From Eledone cirrhosa (lineage: Eukaryota): a stretch of 64,000 nucleotides of DNA. The DNA lies in contig OZ024764.1 of assembly GCA_964016885.1 (NCBI GenBank), forward strand, positions 18,414,001 to 18,478,000, in the 5' to 3' direction. The notes below the pieces were generated by a model. That model ran no database searches and had not been told where the DNA came from. It was given only the letters and a program-made list of their open reading frames with translations. Below, in pieces: positions 51,701 to 64,000 of this stretch. Positions within the stretch are counted from its first letter, which is position 1, and each line of letters begins with the position of its first letter. A program made the translations under genes and the position numbers.

Positions 51701-54700
51701 TAGGTGTCACAACAAAAAGTACCCAGTCCACACTGTAAAGTGGTCATGTAGGTGTCTCAACAAAAAGTACCCAGTCCACACTGTAAAGTGGTCATGTAGG
51801 TGACACAACAAAAAGTACCCAGTCCACACTGTAAAGTGGTCATGTAGGTGTCACAACAAACAGCACCCAGTCCACACTGTAAAGTGGTCATGTAGGTGTC
51901 TCAACAAAAAGTACCCAGTCCACACTGTAAAGTGGTCATGTAGGTGACACAACAAAAAGTACCCAGTCCACACTGTAAAGTGGTCATGTAGGTGTCACAA
52001 CAAACAGCACCCAGTCCACACTGTAAAGTGGTCATGTAGGTGTCTCAACAAAAAGTACCCAGTCCACACTGTAAAGTGGTCATGTAGGTGACACAACAAA
52101 AAGTACCCAGTCCACACTGTAAAGTGGTCATGTAGGTGTCACAACAAAAAGTACCCAGTCCACACTGTAAAGTGGTCATGTAGGTGTCTCAACAAAAAGT
52201 ACTCAGTCCACACTGTAAAGTGGTCATGTAGGTGACACAACAAAAAGTACACAGTCCACACTGTAAAGTTGTCATGTAGGTGTCACAACAAACAACACCT
52301 AGTCCACACTGTAAAGTGGTCATGTAGGTGTCTCAACAAAAAGTACCCAGTCCACACTGTAAAGTGGTCATGTAGGTGTCACAACAAAAAGTACCCAGTG
52401 CACACTGTAAAGTGGTCATGTAGGTGTCACAACAAACAGCACCCAGTCCACACTGTAAAGTAGTCATGTAGGTGTCTCAATAAAAAGTAGCCAGTCCACA
52501 CTGTAAAGTGGTCATGTAGGTGTCTAAACAAAAAGTACCCAGTCCACACTGTAAAGTGGTCATGTAGGTGTCTAAACAAAAAGTACCCAGTCCACACTGT
52601 AAAGTGGTCATGTAGGTGTCACAACAAACAACACCCAGTCCACACTGTATAGTGGTCATGTAGGTGTCACAACAAAAAGTACCCAGTCTACACTGTAAAG
52701 TGGTCATGTAGGTGTCACAACAAAAAGTACCCAGTACACACTGTATAGTGGTCATGTAGGTGTCACAACAAAAAGTACCCAGTCCACACTGTAAAGTGGT
52801 CATGTAGGTGTCACAACAAAAAGTACCCAGTCCACACTGTAAAGTGGTCATGTAGGTGTCTCAACAAAAAGTACCCAGTCCACACTGCAAAGTGGTCATG
52901 TAGGTGTCACAACAAAAAGTACCCAGTCCACACTGTAAAGTGGTCATGTAGGCGTCACAACAAAAAGTACGCAGTCCACACTGTAAAGTGGTCATATAGG
53001 TGTCACAACAAAAAGTACCCAGTCCACACTGTAAAGTGGTCATGTAGGTGTCACAACAAAAAGGACCCAGTCCACACTGTAAAGTTGTCATGTAGGTGTC
53101 ATGACAAAAAGTACCCAGTCCACACTGTAAAGTGGTCATGTAGGTGTCACAACAAACAGCACCCAGTCCACACTGTAAAGTGGTCATGTAGGTGTCACAA
53201 CAAACAACACCCATTCCACACTGTAAAGTGGTCATGTAGGTGTCACAACAAAAAGTGCCCAGTCCACACTGTAAAGTGGTCATGTAGGTGTCTCAACAAA
53301 AAGTACCCAGTCTACACTGTAAAGTGGTCATGTAGGTGTCACAACAAAAAGTACCCAGTACTCATTGTAAAGTGGTCATGTAGGTGTCACAACAAAAAGT
53401 ACCCAGTCCACACTGTAAAGTGGTTTTGTAGGTGTCACAACAAAAAGTACCCAGTCCACACTGTAAAGTGGTCATGTAGGTGTCACAACAAAAAGTACCC
53501 AGTCCACACTGTAAAGTGGTCATGTAGGTGACACAACAAAAAACACCGAGTACACACTGTAAAGTGTCATGTAGGTGTCACAACAAAAAGCTCCCAGTAC
53601 ACACTGTGAAGTGGTCATGCCGGTGACACAACAAAAAGCACCCAGTACACACTGTAAAGTGGTCATGTAGGTGTCACAACAAAAAGTACCCAGTCCACAC
53701 TGTAAAGAGGTCTGTAGGTGTCACAACAAAAAGTACCCAGTACACACTGTAAAGTGGTCATGTAGGTGTCACAACAAAAAGTACCCAGTCCACACTGTAA
53801 AGTGGTCTGTAGGTGTCACAACAAAAAGCACCCAGTCCACACTGTAAAGAGGTCATGTAGGTGTCACAACAAAAAGTACCCAGTCCACACTGTAAAGTGG
53901 TCATGTAGGTGTCTCAATAAAAAGTACCCAGTCCACACTGTAAAGTGGTCATGTAGGTGTCACAACAAAAAGTACCCAGTCCACACTGTAAAGTGGTCAT
54001 GTAGGTGTCACAACAAAAAGTACCCAGTCCACACTGTAAAGTGGTCATGTAGGTGTCACAACAAAAAGTACCCAGTCCACACTGTAAAGTGGTCATTTAG
54101 GTGTCACGACAAAAAGTACCCAGTCCACACTGTAAAGTGGTCATGTAGGTATCATGACAAAACGTACCCAGTCCACCCTGTAAATTGGTCATGTAGGTGT
54201 CACAACAAAAAGTACCCAGTCCACACTGTAAAGTGGTCATGTAGGTGTCACAACAAACAGCACCCAGTCCACACTGTAAAGTGGTCATGTAGGTGACACA
54301 ACAAAAAGTACCCAGTCCACACTGTAAAGTGGTCATGTAGGTGACACAACAAAAAGTACCCAGTCCACACTGTAAAGTGGTCATGTAGGTGTCACAACAA
54401 AAAGTACCCAGTCCACACTGTAAAGTGGTCATGTAGGTGTCTCAACAAAAAGTACCCAGTCCACACTGTAAAGTGGTCATGTAGGTGTCTCAACAAAAAG
54501 TACTCAGTCCACACTGTAAAGTGGTCATGTAGGTGACACAACAAAAAGTACCCAGTCCACACTGTAAAGTGGTCATGTAGGTGTCACAACAAACAGCACC
54601 CAGTACACACTGTAAAGTGGTCATGTAGGTGTCACAACAAAAAGTACCCAGTACACACTGTATAGTGGTCATGTAGGTGTCACAACAAAAAGTACCCAGT

Positions 54701-57700
54701 CCACACTATAAAGTGGTCATGTAGGTGTCACAACAAAAAGTACCCAGTCCACACTGTAAAGTGGTCATGTAGGTGTCTCAACAAAAAGTACCCAGTCCAC
54801 ACTGTAAAGTGGTCATGTAGGTGTCACAACAAAAAGTACCCAGTCCACACTGTAAAGTGGTCATGTAGGTGTCACAACAAAAAGTACGCAGTCCACACTG
54901 TAAAGTGGTCATGTAGGTGTCACAACAAAAAGTACCCAGTCCACACTGTAAAGTGGTCATGTAGGTGTCACAACAAAAAGGACCCAGTCCACACTGTAAA
55001 GTGGTCATGTAGGTGTCATGACAAAAAGTACCCAGTCCACACTGTAAAGTGGTCATGTAGGTGTCACAACAAACAGCACCCAGTCCACACTGTAAAGCGG
55101 TAATGTAGGTGTCACAACAAACAGCACCCAGTCCACACTGTAAAGTGGTCATGTAGGTGTCACAACAAAAAGTACCCAGTACACACTGTATAGTGGTCAT
55201 GTAGGTGTCACAACAAAAAGTACCCAGTCCACACTGTAAATTGGTCATGTAGGTGTCACAACAAAAAGTACCCAGTTCACACTGTAAAGTGGTCATGTAG
55301 GTGTCTCAACAAAAAGTACCCAGTCCACACTGTAAAGTGGTCATGTAGGTGTCACAACAAAAAGTACCCAGTCCACACTGTAAAGTGGTCATGTAGGTGT
55401 CTCAACAAAAAGTACCCAGTCCACACTGTAAAGTGGTCATATAGGTGACACAACAAAAAGTACCCAGTCCACACTGTAAAGTGGTCATGTAGGTGACACA
55501 ACAAACAGCACCCAGTCCACACTGTAAAGTGGTCATGTAGGTGTCTCAACAAAAAGTACCCTGTCCACACTGTAAAGTGGTCATGTAGGTGACACAACAA
55601 AAAGTACCCAGTCCACACTGTAAAGTGGTCATGTAGGTGTCACAACAAACAGCACCCAGTCCACACTGTAAAGTGGTCATGTAGGTGTCTCAACAAAAAG
55701 TACCCAGTCCACACTGTAAAGTTGTCATGTAGGTGACACAACAAAAAGTACCCAGTCCACACTGTAAAGTGGTCATGTAGGTGTCACAACAAAAAGTACC
55801 CAGTCCACACTGTAAAGCGGTCATGTAGGTGTCTCAACAAAAAGTACCCAGTCCACACTGTAAAGTGGTCATGTAGGTGTCTCAACAAAAAGTACTCAGT
55901 CCACACTGTAAAGTGGTCATGTAGGTGACACAACAAAAAGTACCCAGTCCACACTGTAAAGTGGTCATGTAGGTGTCTCAACAAAAAGTACCCAGTCCAC
56001 ACTGTAAAGTGGTCATGTAGGTGACACAACAAAAAGTACCCAGTCCAAACTGTAAAGTGGTCATGTAGGTGTCACAACAAACAGCACCCAGTCCACACTG
56101 TAAAGTGGTCATGTAGGTGACTCAACAAAAAATACCCAGTCCACACTGTAAAGTGGTCATGTAGGTGACACAACAAAAAGTACCCAGTCCACACTGTAAA
56201 ATGGTCATGTAGGTGTCACAACAAAAAGTACCCAGTCCACACTGTAAAGTGGTCATGTAGGTGTCACAACAAACAGCACCCAGTCCACACTGTAAAGTGG
56301 TCATGTAGGTGTCTCAACAAAAAGTAGCCAGTCCACACTGTAAAGTGGTCATGTAGGTGTCTCAACAAAAAGTACCCAGTCCACACTGTAAAGTGGTCAT
56401 GTAGGTGTCACAACAAAAAGTACCCAGTCCACACTGTAAAGTGGTCATGTAGGTGTCACAACAAACAACACCCAGTCCACACTGTATAGTGGTCATGTAG
56501 ATGTCACAACAAAAAGTACCCAGTCTACACTGTAAAGTGGTCATGTAGGTGTCACAACAAAAAGTACCCAGTACACACTGTATAGTGGTCATGTAGGTGT
56601 CACAACAAAAAGTACCCAGTCCACACTGTAAAGTGGTCATGTAGGTGTCACAACAAAAAGTACCCAGTCCACACTGTAAAGTGGTCATGTAGGTGTCTCA
56701 ACAAAAAGTACCCAGTCCACACTGTAAAGTTGTCATGTAGATGTCACAACAAAAAGTACCCAGTCCACACTGTAAAGTGGTCATGTAGGTGTCACAACAA
56801 AAAGTACGCAGTCCACACTGTAAAGTGGTCATATAGGTGTCACAACAAAAAGTACCCAGTCCACACTGTAAAGTGGTCATGTAGGTGTCACAACAAAAAG
56901 GACCCAGTCCACACTGTAAAGTGGTCATGTAGGTGTCATGACAAAAAGTACCCAGTCCACACTGTAAAGTGGTCATGTAGGTGTCACAACAAACAGCACC
57001 CAGTCCACACTGTAAAGTGGTCATGTAGGTGTCACAACAAACAGCACCCAGTCCACACTGTAAAGTGGTCATGTAGGTGTCACAACAAAAAGTACTCAGT
57101 CCACACTGTGAAGTGGTCATGTAGGTGTCACAACAAAAAGTACCCAGTGCACACTGTAAAGTGGTCATGTAGGTGTCACAACAAACAGCACCCAGTCCAC
57201 ACTGTAAAGTAGTCATGTAGGTGTCTCAATAAAAAGTAGCCAGTCCACACTGTAAAGTGGTCATGTAGGTGTCTAAACAAAAAGTACCCAGTCCACACTG
57301 TAAAGTGGTCATGTAGGTGTCTAAACAAAAAGTACCCAGTCCACACTGTAAAGTGGTCATGTAGGTGTCACAACAAACAACACCCAGTCCACACTGTATA
57401 GTGGTCATGTAGGTGTCACAACAAAAAGTACCCAGTCTACACTGTAAAGTGGTCATGTAGGTGTCACAACAAAAAGTACCCAGTACACACTGTATAGTGG
57501 TCATGTAGGTGTCACAACAAAAAGTACCCAGTCCACACTGTAAAGTGGTCATGTAGGTGTCACAACAAAAAGTACCCAGTCCACACTGTAAAGTGGTCAT
57601 GTAGGTGTCTCAACAAAAAGTACCCAGTCCACACTGCAAAGTGGTCATGTAGGTGTCACAACAAAAAGTACCCAGTCCACACTGTAAAGTGGTCATGTAG

Positions 57701-60700
57701 GCGTCACAACAAAAAGTACGCAGTCCACACTGTAAAGTGGTCATATAGGTGTCACAACAAAAAGTACCCAGTCCACACTGTAAAGTGGTCATGTAGGTGT
57801 CACAACAAAAAGGACCCAGTCCACACTGTAAAGTTGTCATGTAGGTGTCATGACAAAAAGTACCCAGTCCACACTGTAAAGTGGTCATGTAGGTGTCACA
57901 ACAAACAGCACCCAGTCCACACTGTAAAGTGGTCATGTAGGTGTCACAACAAACAACACCCATTCCACACTGTAAAGTGGTCATGTAGGTGTCACAACAA
58001 AAAGTGCCCAGTCCACACTGTAAAGTGGTCATGTAGGTGTCTCAACAAAAAGTACCCAGTCTACACTGTAAAGTGGTCATGTAGGTGTCACAACAAAAAG
58101 TACCCAGTACTCATTGTAAAGTGGTCATGTAGGTGTCACAACAAAAAGTACCCAGTCCACACTGTAAAGTGGTTTTGTAGGTGTCACAACAAAAAGTACC
58201 CAGTCCACACTGTAAAGTGGTCATGTAGGTGTCACAACAAAAAGTACCCAGTCCACACTGTAAAGTGGTCATGTAGGTGACACAACAAAAAACACCGAGT
58301 ACACACTGTAAAGTGTCATGTAGGTGTCACAACAAAAAGCTCCCAGTACACACTGTGAAGTGGTCATGCCGGTGACACAACAAAAAGCACCCAGTACACA
58401 CTGTAAAGTGGTCATGTAGGTGTCACAACAAAAAGTACCCAGTCCACACTGTAAAGAGGTCTGTAGGTGTCACAACAAAAAGTACCCAGTACACACTGTA
58501 AAGTGGTCATGTAGGTGTCACAACAAAAAGTACCCAGTCCACACTGTAAAGTGGTCTGTAGGTGTCACAACAAAAAGCACCCAGTCCACACTGTAAAGAG
58601 GTCATGTAGGTGTCACAACAAAAAGTACCCAGTCCACACTGTAAAGTGGTCATGTAGGTGTCTCAATAAAAAGTACCCAGTCCACACTGTAAAGTGGTCA
58701 TGTAGGTGTCACAACAAAAAGTACCCAGTCCACACTGTAAAGTGGTCATGTAGGTGTCACAACAAAAAGTACCCAGTCCACACTGTAAAGTGGTCATGTA
58801 GGTGTCACAACAAAAAGTACCCAGTCCACACTGTAAAGTGGTCATTTAGGTGTCACGACAAAAAGTACCCAGTCCACACTGTAAAGTGGTCATGTAGGTA
58901 TCATGACAAAACGTACCCAGTCCACCCTGTAAATTGGTCATGTAGGTGTCACAACAAAAAGTACCCAGTCCACACTGTAAAGTGGTCATGTAGGTGTCAC
59001 AACAAACAGCACCCAGTCCACACTGTAAAGTGGTCATGTAGGTGACACAACAAAAAGTACCCAGTCCACACTGTAAAGTGGTCATGTAGGTGACACAACA
59101 AAAAGTACCCAGTCCACACTGTAAAGTGGTCATGTAGGTGTCACAACAAAAAGTACCCAGTCCACACTGTAAAGTGGTCATGTAGGTGTCTCAACAAAAA
59201 GTACCCAGTCCACACTGTAAAGTGGTCATGTAGGTGTCTCAACAAAAAGTACTCAGTCCACACTGTAAAGTGGTCATGTAGGTGACACAACAAAAAGTAC
59301 CCAGTCCACACTGTAAAGTGGTCATGTAGGTGTCACAACAAACAGCACCCAGTACACACTGTAAAGTGGTCATGTAGGTGTCACAACAAAAAGTACCCAG
59401 TACACACTGTATAGTGGTCATGTAGGTGTCACAACAAAAAGTACCCAGTCCACACTATAAAGTGGTCATGTAGGTGTCACAACAAAAAGTACCCAGTCCA
59501 CACTGTAAAGTGGTCATGTAGGTGTCTCAACAAAAAGTACCCAGTCCACACTGTAAAGTGGTCATGTAGGTGTCACAACAAAAAGTACCCAGTCCACACT
59601 GTAAAGTGGTCATGTAGGTGTCACAACAAAAAGTACGCAGTCCACACTGTAAAGTGGTCATGTAGGTGTCACAACAAAAAGTACCCAGTCCACACTGTAA
59701 AGTGGTCATGTAGGTGTCACAACAAAAAGGACCCAGTCCACACTGTAAAGTGGTCATGTAGGTGTCATGACAAAAAGTACCCAGTCCACACTGTAAAGTG
59801 GTCATGTAGGTGTCACAACAAACAGCACCCAGTCCACACTGTAAAGCGGTAATGTAGGTGTCACAACAAACAGCACCCAGTCCACACTGTAAAGTGGTCA
59901 TGTAGGTGTCACAACAAAAAGTACCCAGTACACACTGTATAGTGGTCATGTAGGTGTCACAACAAAAAGTACCCAGTCCACACTGTAAATTGGTCATGTA
60001 GGTGTCACAACAAAAAGTACCCAGTTCACACTGTAAAGTGGTCATGTAGGTGTCTCAACAAAAAGTACCCAGTCCACACTGTAAAGTGGTCATGTAGGTG
60101 TCACAACAAAAAGTACCCAGTCCACACTGTAAAGTGGTCATGTAGGTGTCTCAACAAAAAGTACCCAGTCCACACTGTAAAGTGGTCATATAGGTGACAC
60201 AACAAAAAGTACCCAGTCCACACTGTAAAGTGGTCATGTAGGTGACACAACAAACAGCACCCAGTCCACACTGTAAAGTGGTCATGTAGGTGTCTCAACA
60301 AAAAGTACCCTGTCCACACTGTAAAGTGGTCATGTAGGTGACACAACAAAAAGTACCCAGTCCACACTGTAAAGTGGTCATGTAGGTGTCACAACAAACA
60401 GCACCCAGTCCACACTGTAAAGTGGTCATGTAGGTGTCTCAACAAAAAGTACCCAGTCCACACTGTAAAGTTGTCATGTAGGTGACACAACAAAAAGTAC
60501 CCAGTCCACACTGTAAAGTGGTCATGTAGGTGTCACAACAAAAAGTACCCAGTCCACACTGTAAAGCGGTCATGTAGGTGTCTCAACAAAAAGTACCCAG
60601 TCCACACTGTAAAGTGGTCATGTAGGTGTCTCAACAAAAAGTACTCAGTCCACACTGTAAAGTGGTCATGTAGGTGACACAACAAAAAGTACCCAGTCCA

Positions 60701-63700
60701 CACTGTAAAGTGGTCATGTAGGTGTCTCAACAAAAAGTACCCAGTCCACACTGTAAAGTGGTCATGTAGGTGACACAACAAAAAGTACCCAGTCCAAACT
60801 GTAAAGTGGTCATGTAGGTGTCACAACAAACAGCACCCAGTCCACACTGTAAAGTGGTCATGTAGGTGACTCAACAAAAAATACCCAGTCCACACTGTAA
60901 AGTGGTCATGTAGGTGACACAACAAAAAGTACCCAGTCCACACTGTAAAATGGTCATGTAGGTGTCACAACAAAAAGTACCCAGTCCACACTGTAAAGTG
61001 GTCATGTAGGTGTCACAACAAACAGCACCCAGTCCACACTGTAAAGTGGTCATGTAGGTGTCTCAACAAAAAGTAGCCAGTCCACACTGTAAAGTGGTCA
61101 TGTAGGTGTCTCAACAAAAAGTACCCAGTCCACACTGTAAAGTGGTCATGTAGGTGTCACAACAAAAAGTACCCAGTCCACACTGTAAAGTGGTCATGTA
61201 GGTGTCACAACAAACAACACCCAGTCCACACTGTATAGTGGTCATGTAGATGTCACAACAAAAAGTACCCAGTCTACACTGTAAAGTGGTCATGTAGGTG
61301 TCACAACAAAAAGTACCCAGTACACACTGTATAGTGGTCATGTAGGTGTCACAACAAAAAGTACCCAGTCCACACTGTAAAGTGGTCATGTAGGTGTCAC
61401 AACAAAAAGTACCCAGTCCACACTGTAAAGTGGTCATGTAGGTGTCTCAACAAAAAGTACCCAGTCCACACTGTAAAGTTGTCATGTAGATGTCACAACA
61501 AAAAGTACCCAGTCCACACTGTAAAGTGGTCATGTAGGTGTCACAACAAAAAGTACGCAGTCCACACTGTAAAGTGGTCATATAGGTGTCACAACAAAAA
61601 GTACCCAGTCCACACTGTAAAGTGGTCATGTAGGTGTCACAACAAAAAGGACCCAGTCCACACTGTAAAGTGGTCATGTAGGTGTCATGACAAAAAGTAC
61701 CCAGTCCACACTGTAAAGTGGTCATGTAGGTGTCACAACAAACAGCACCCAGTCCACACTGTAAAGTGGTCATGTAGGTGTCACAACAAACAGCACCCAG
61801 TCCACACTGTAAAGTGGTCATGTAGGTGTCACAACAAAAAGTACTCAGTCCACACTGTGAAGTGGTCATGTAGGTGTCACAACAAAAAGTACCCAGTCCA
61901 CACTGTAAAGTGGTCATGTAGGTGTCACAACAAAAAGTACCCAGTACACACTGTAAAGTGGTCATGTAGGTGTCTCAACAAAAAGTACCCAGTCCACACT
62001 GTAAAGTGGTCATGTAGATGTCACAACAAAAAGTACCCAGTCCACACTGTAAAGTGGTCATGTAGGTGTCACAACAAAAAGTACGCAGTCCACACTGTAA
62101 AGTGGTCATATAGGTGTCACAACAAAAAGTACCCAGTCCACACTGTAAAGTGGTTATGTAGGTGTCACAACAAAAAGGACCCAGTCCACACTGTAAAGTG
62201 GTCATGTAGGTGTCATGACAAAAAGTACCCAGTCCACACTGTAAAGTGGTCATGTAGGTGTCACAACAAACAGCACCCAGTCCACACTGTAAAGTGGTCA
62301 TGTAGGTGTCACAACAAACAGCACCCAGTCCACACTGTAAAGTGGTCATGTAGGTGTCACAACAAAAAGTGCCCAGTCCACACTGTAAAGTGGTCATGTA
62401 GGTGTCTCAACAAAAAGTACCCAGTCTACACTGTAAAGTGGTCATGTAGGTGTCACAACAAAAAGTACTCAGTCCACACTGTGAAGTGGTCATGTAGGTG
62501 TCACAACAAAAAGTACCCAGTTCACACTGTAAAGTGGTCATGTAGGTGTCTCAACAAAAAGTACCCAGTCCACACTGTAAAGTGGTCATGTAGGTGTCAC
62601 AACAAAAAGTACCCAGTCCACACTGTAAAGTGGTCATGTAGGTGTCTCAACAAAAAGTACCCAGTCCACACTGTAAAGTGGTCATATAGGTGACACAACA
62701 AAAAGTACCCAGTCCACACTGTAAAGTGGTCATGTAGGTGTCACAACAAACAGCACCCAGTCCACACTGTAAAGTGGTCATGTAGGTGTCTCAACAAAAA
62801 GTACCCTGTCCACACTGTAAAGTGGTCATGTAGGTGACACAACAAAAAGTACCCAGTCCACACTGTAAAGTGGTCATGTAGGTGTCACAACAAACAGCAC
62901 CCAGTCCACACTGTAAAGTGGTCATGTAGGTGTCTCAACAAAAAGTACCCAGTCCACACTGTAAAGTGGTCATGTAGGTGACACAACAAAAAGTACCCAG
63001 TCCACACTGTAAAGTGGTCATGTAGGTGTCACAACAAAAAGTACCCAGTCCACACTGTAAAGTGGTCATGTAGGTGTCTCAACAAAAAGTACCCAGTCCA
63101 CACTGTAAAGTGGTCATGTAGGTGTCTCAACAAAAAGTACTCAGTCCACACTGTAAAGTGGTCATGTAGGTGACACAACAAAAAGTACCCAGTCCACACT
63201 GTAAAGTGGTCATGTAGGTGTCTCAACAAAAAGTACCCAGTCCACACTGTAAAGTGGTCATGTAGGTGACACAACAAAAAGTACCCAGTCCAAACTGTAA
63301 AGTGGTCATGTAGGTGTCACAACAAACAGCACCCAGTCCACACTGTAAAGTGGTCATGTAGGTGACTCAACAAAAAATACCCAGTCCACACTGTAAAGTG
63401 GTCATGTAGGTGACACAACAAAAAGTACCCAGTCCACACTGTAAAATGGTCATGTAGGTGTCACAACAAAAAGTACCCAGTCCACACTGTAAAGTGGTCA
63501 TGTAGGTGTCACAACAAACAGCACCCAGTCCACACTGTAAAGTGGTCATGTAGGTGTCTCAACAAAAAGTAGCCAGTCCACACTGTAAAGTGGTCATGTA
63601 GGTGTCTCAACAAAAAGTACCCAGTCCACACTGTAAAGTGGTCATGTAGGTGTCACAACAAAAAGTACCCAGTCCACACTGTAAAGTGGTCATGTAGGTG

Positions 63701-64000
63701 TCACAACAAACAACACCCAGTCCACACTGTATTGTGGTCATGTAGATGTCACAACAAAAAGTACCCAGTCTACACTGTAAAGTGGTCATGTAGGTGTCAC
63801 AACAAAAAGTACCCAGTACACACTGTATAGTGGTCATGTAGGTGTCACAACAAAAAGTACCCAGTCCACACTGTAAAGTGGTCATGTAGGTGTCACAACA
63901 AAAAGTACCCAGTCCACACTGTAAAGTGGCCATGTAGGTGTCTCAACAAAAAGTACCCAGTCCACACTGTAAAGTGGTCATGTAGATGTCACAACAAAAA
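12716..64000. repeat. Satellite 2: 48-bp monomer tandem array, ~1,070 copies in the window, running past the right edge
   Basis: Consensus catgtaggtgtcacaacaaaaagtacccagtccacactgtaaagtggt, head-to-tail in a single orientation. Mostly 0-3 substitutions per copy, with occasional 47-bp copies. I saw no insertions. Confidence 0.99.

Noticed and set aside
12716-64000. CRISPR-like array
   Set aside because: Monomers are contiguous with no unique spacers, no cas genes are present, and the context is eukaryotic transposons.
12716-64000. Many Cys/His-rich repeat ORFs (e.g. 61479-62693, 19137-19973, 29566-30372) as metal-binding or zinc-finger proteins
   Set aside because: A 48-bp unit is a multiple of 3, so stop-free frames arise automatically. 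Common variants create stops at random, and ORFs occur on both strands.

Overview
Eukaryotic repeat-rich DNA with no recognisable host gene. The SINE, RTE LINE and MITE end resemble repeats I associate with octopod cephalopods; this is an inference, not a database result. In order, the window holds: (1) an apparently intact Tx1/L1-clade non-LTR retrotransposon on the minus strand (ORF1 with a CCHC knuckle; ORF2 APE+RT running off the left edge); (2) a ~4.2 kb AT-rich 72/60-bp satellite that abuts the retrotransposon's 5' end and finishes in a piggyBac-type GGG|TTAA terminus; (3) a tRNA/CORE-like SINE; (4) a nest of three decayed RTE LINE pieces; (5) a Helitron Rep (HUH) fragment; (6) from ~12.7 kb to the window end, an uninterrupted >51 kb array of ~1,070 copies of a 48-bp monomer with nested higher-order duplications. 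Main observation: the 48-bp monomer is a piece of the RTE LINE 3' UTR / SINE tail. Its apparent precursor states (~1.2 copies in the SINE, ~1.2 copies in an RTE tail, a 48-bp-period dimer in another RTE 3' UTR) all lie within 3.5 kb of the array edge, and the array starts inside the Helitron Rep fragment.
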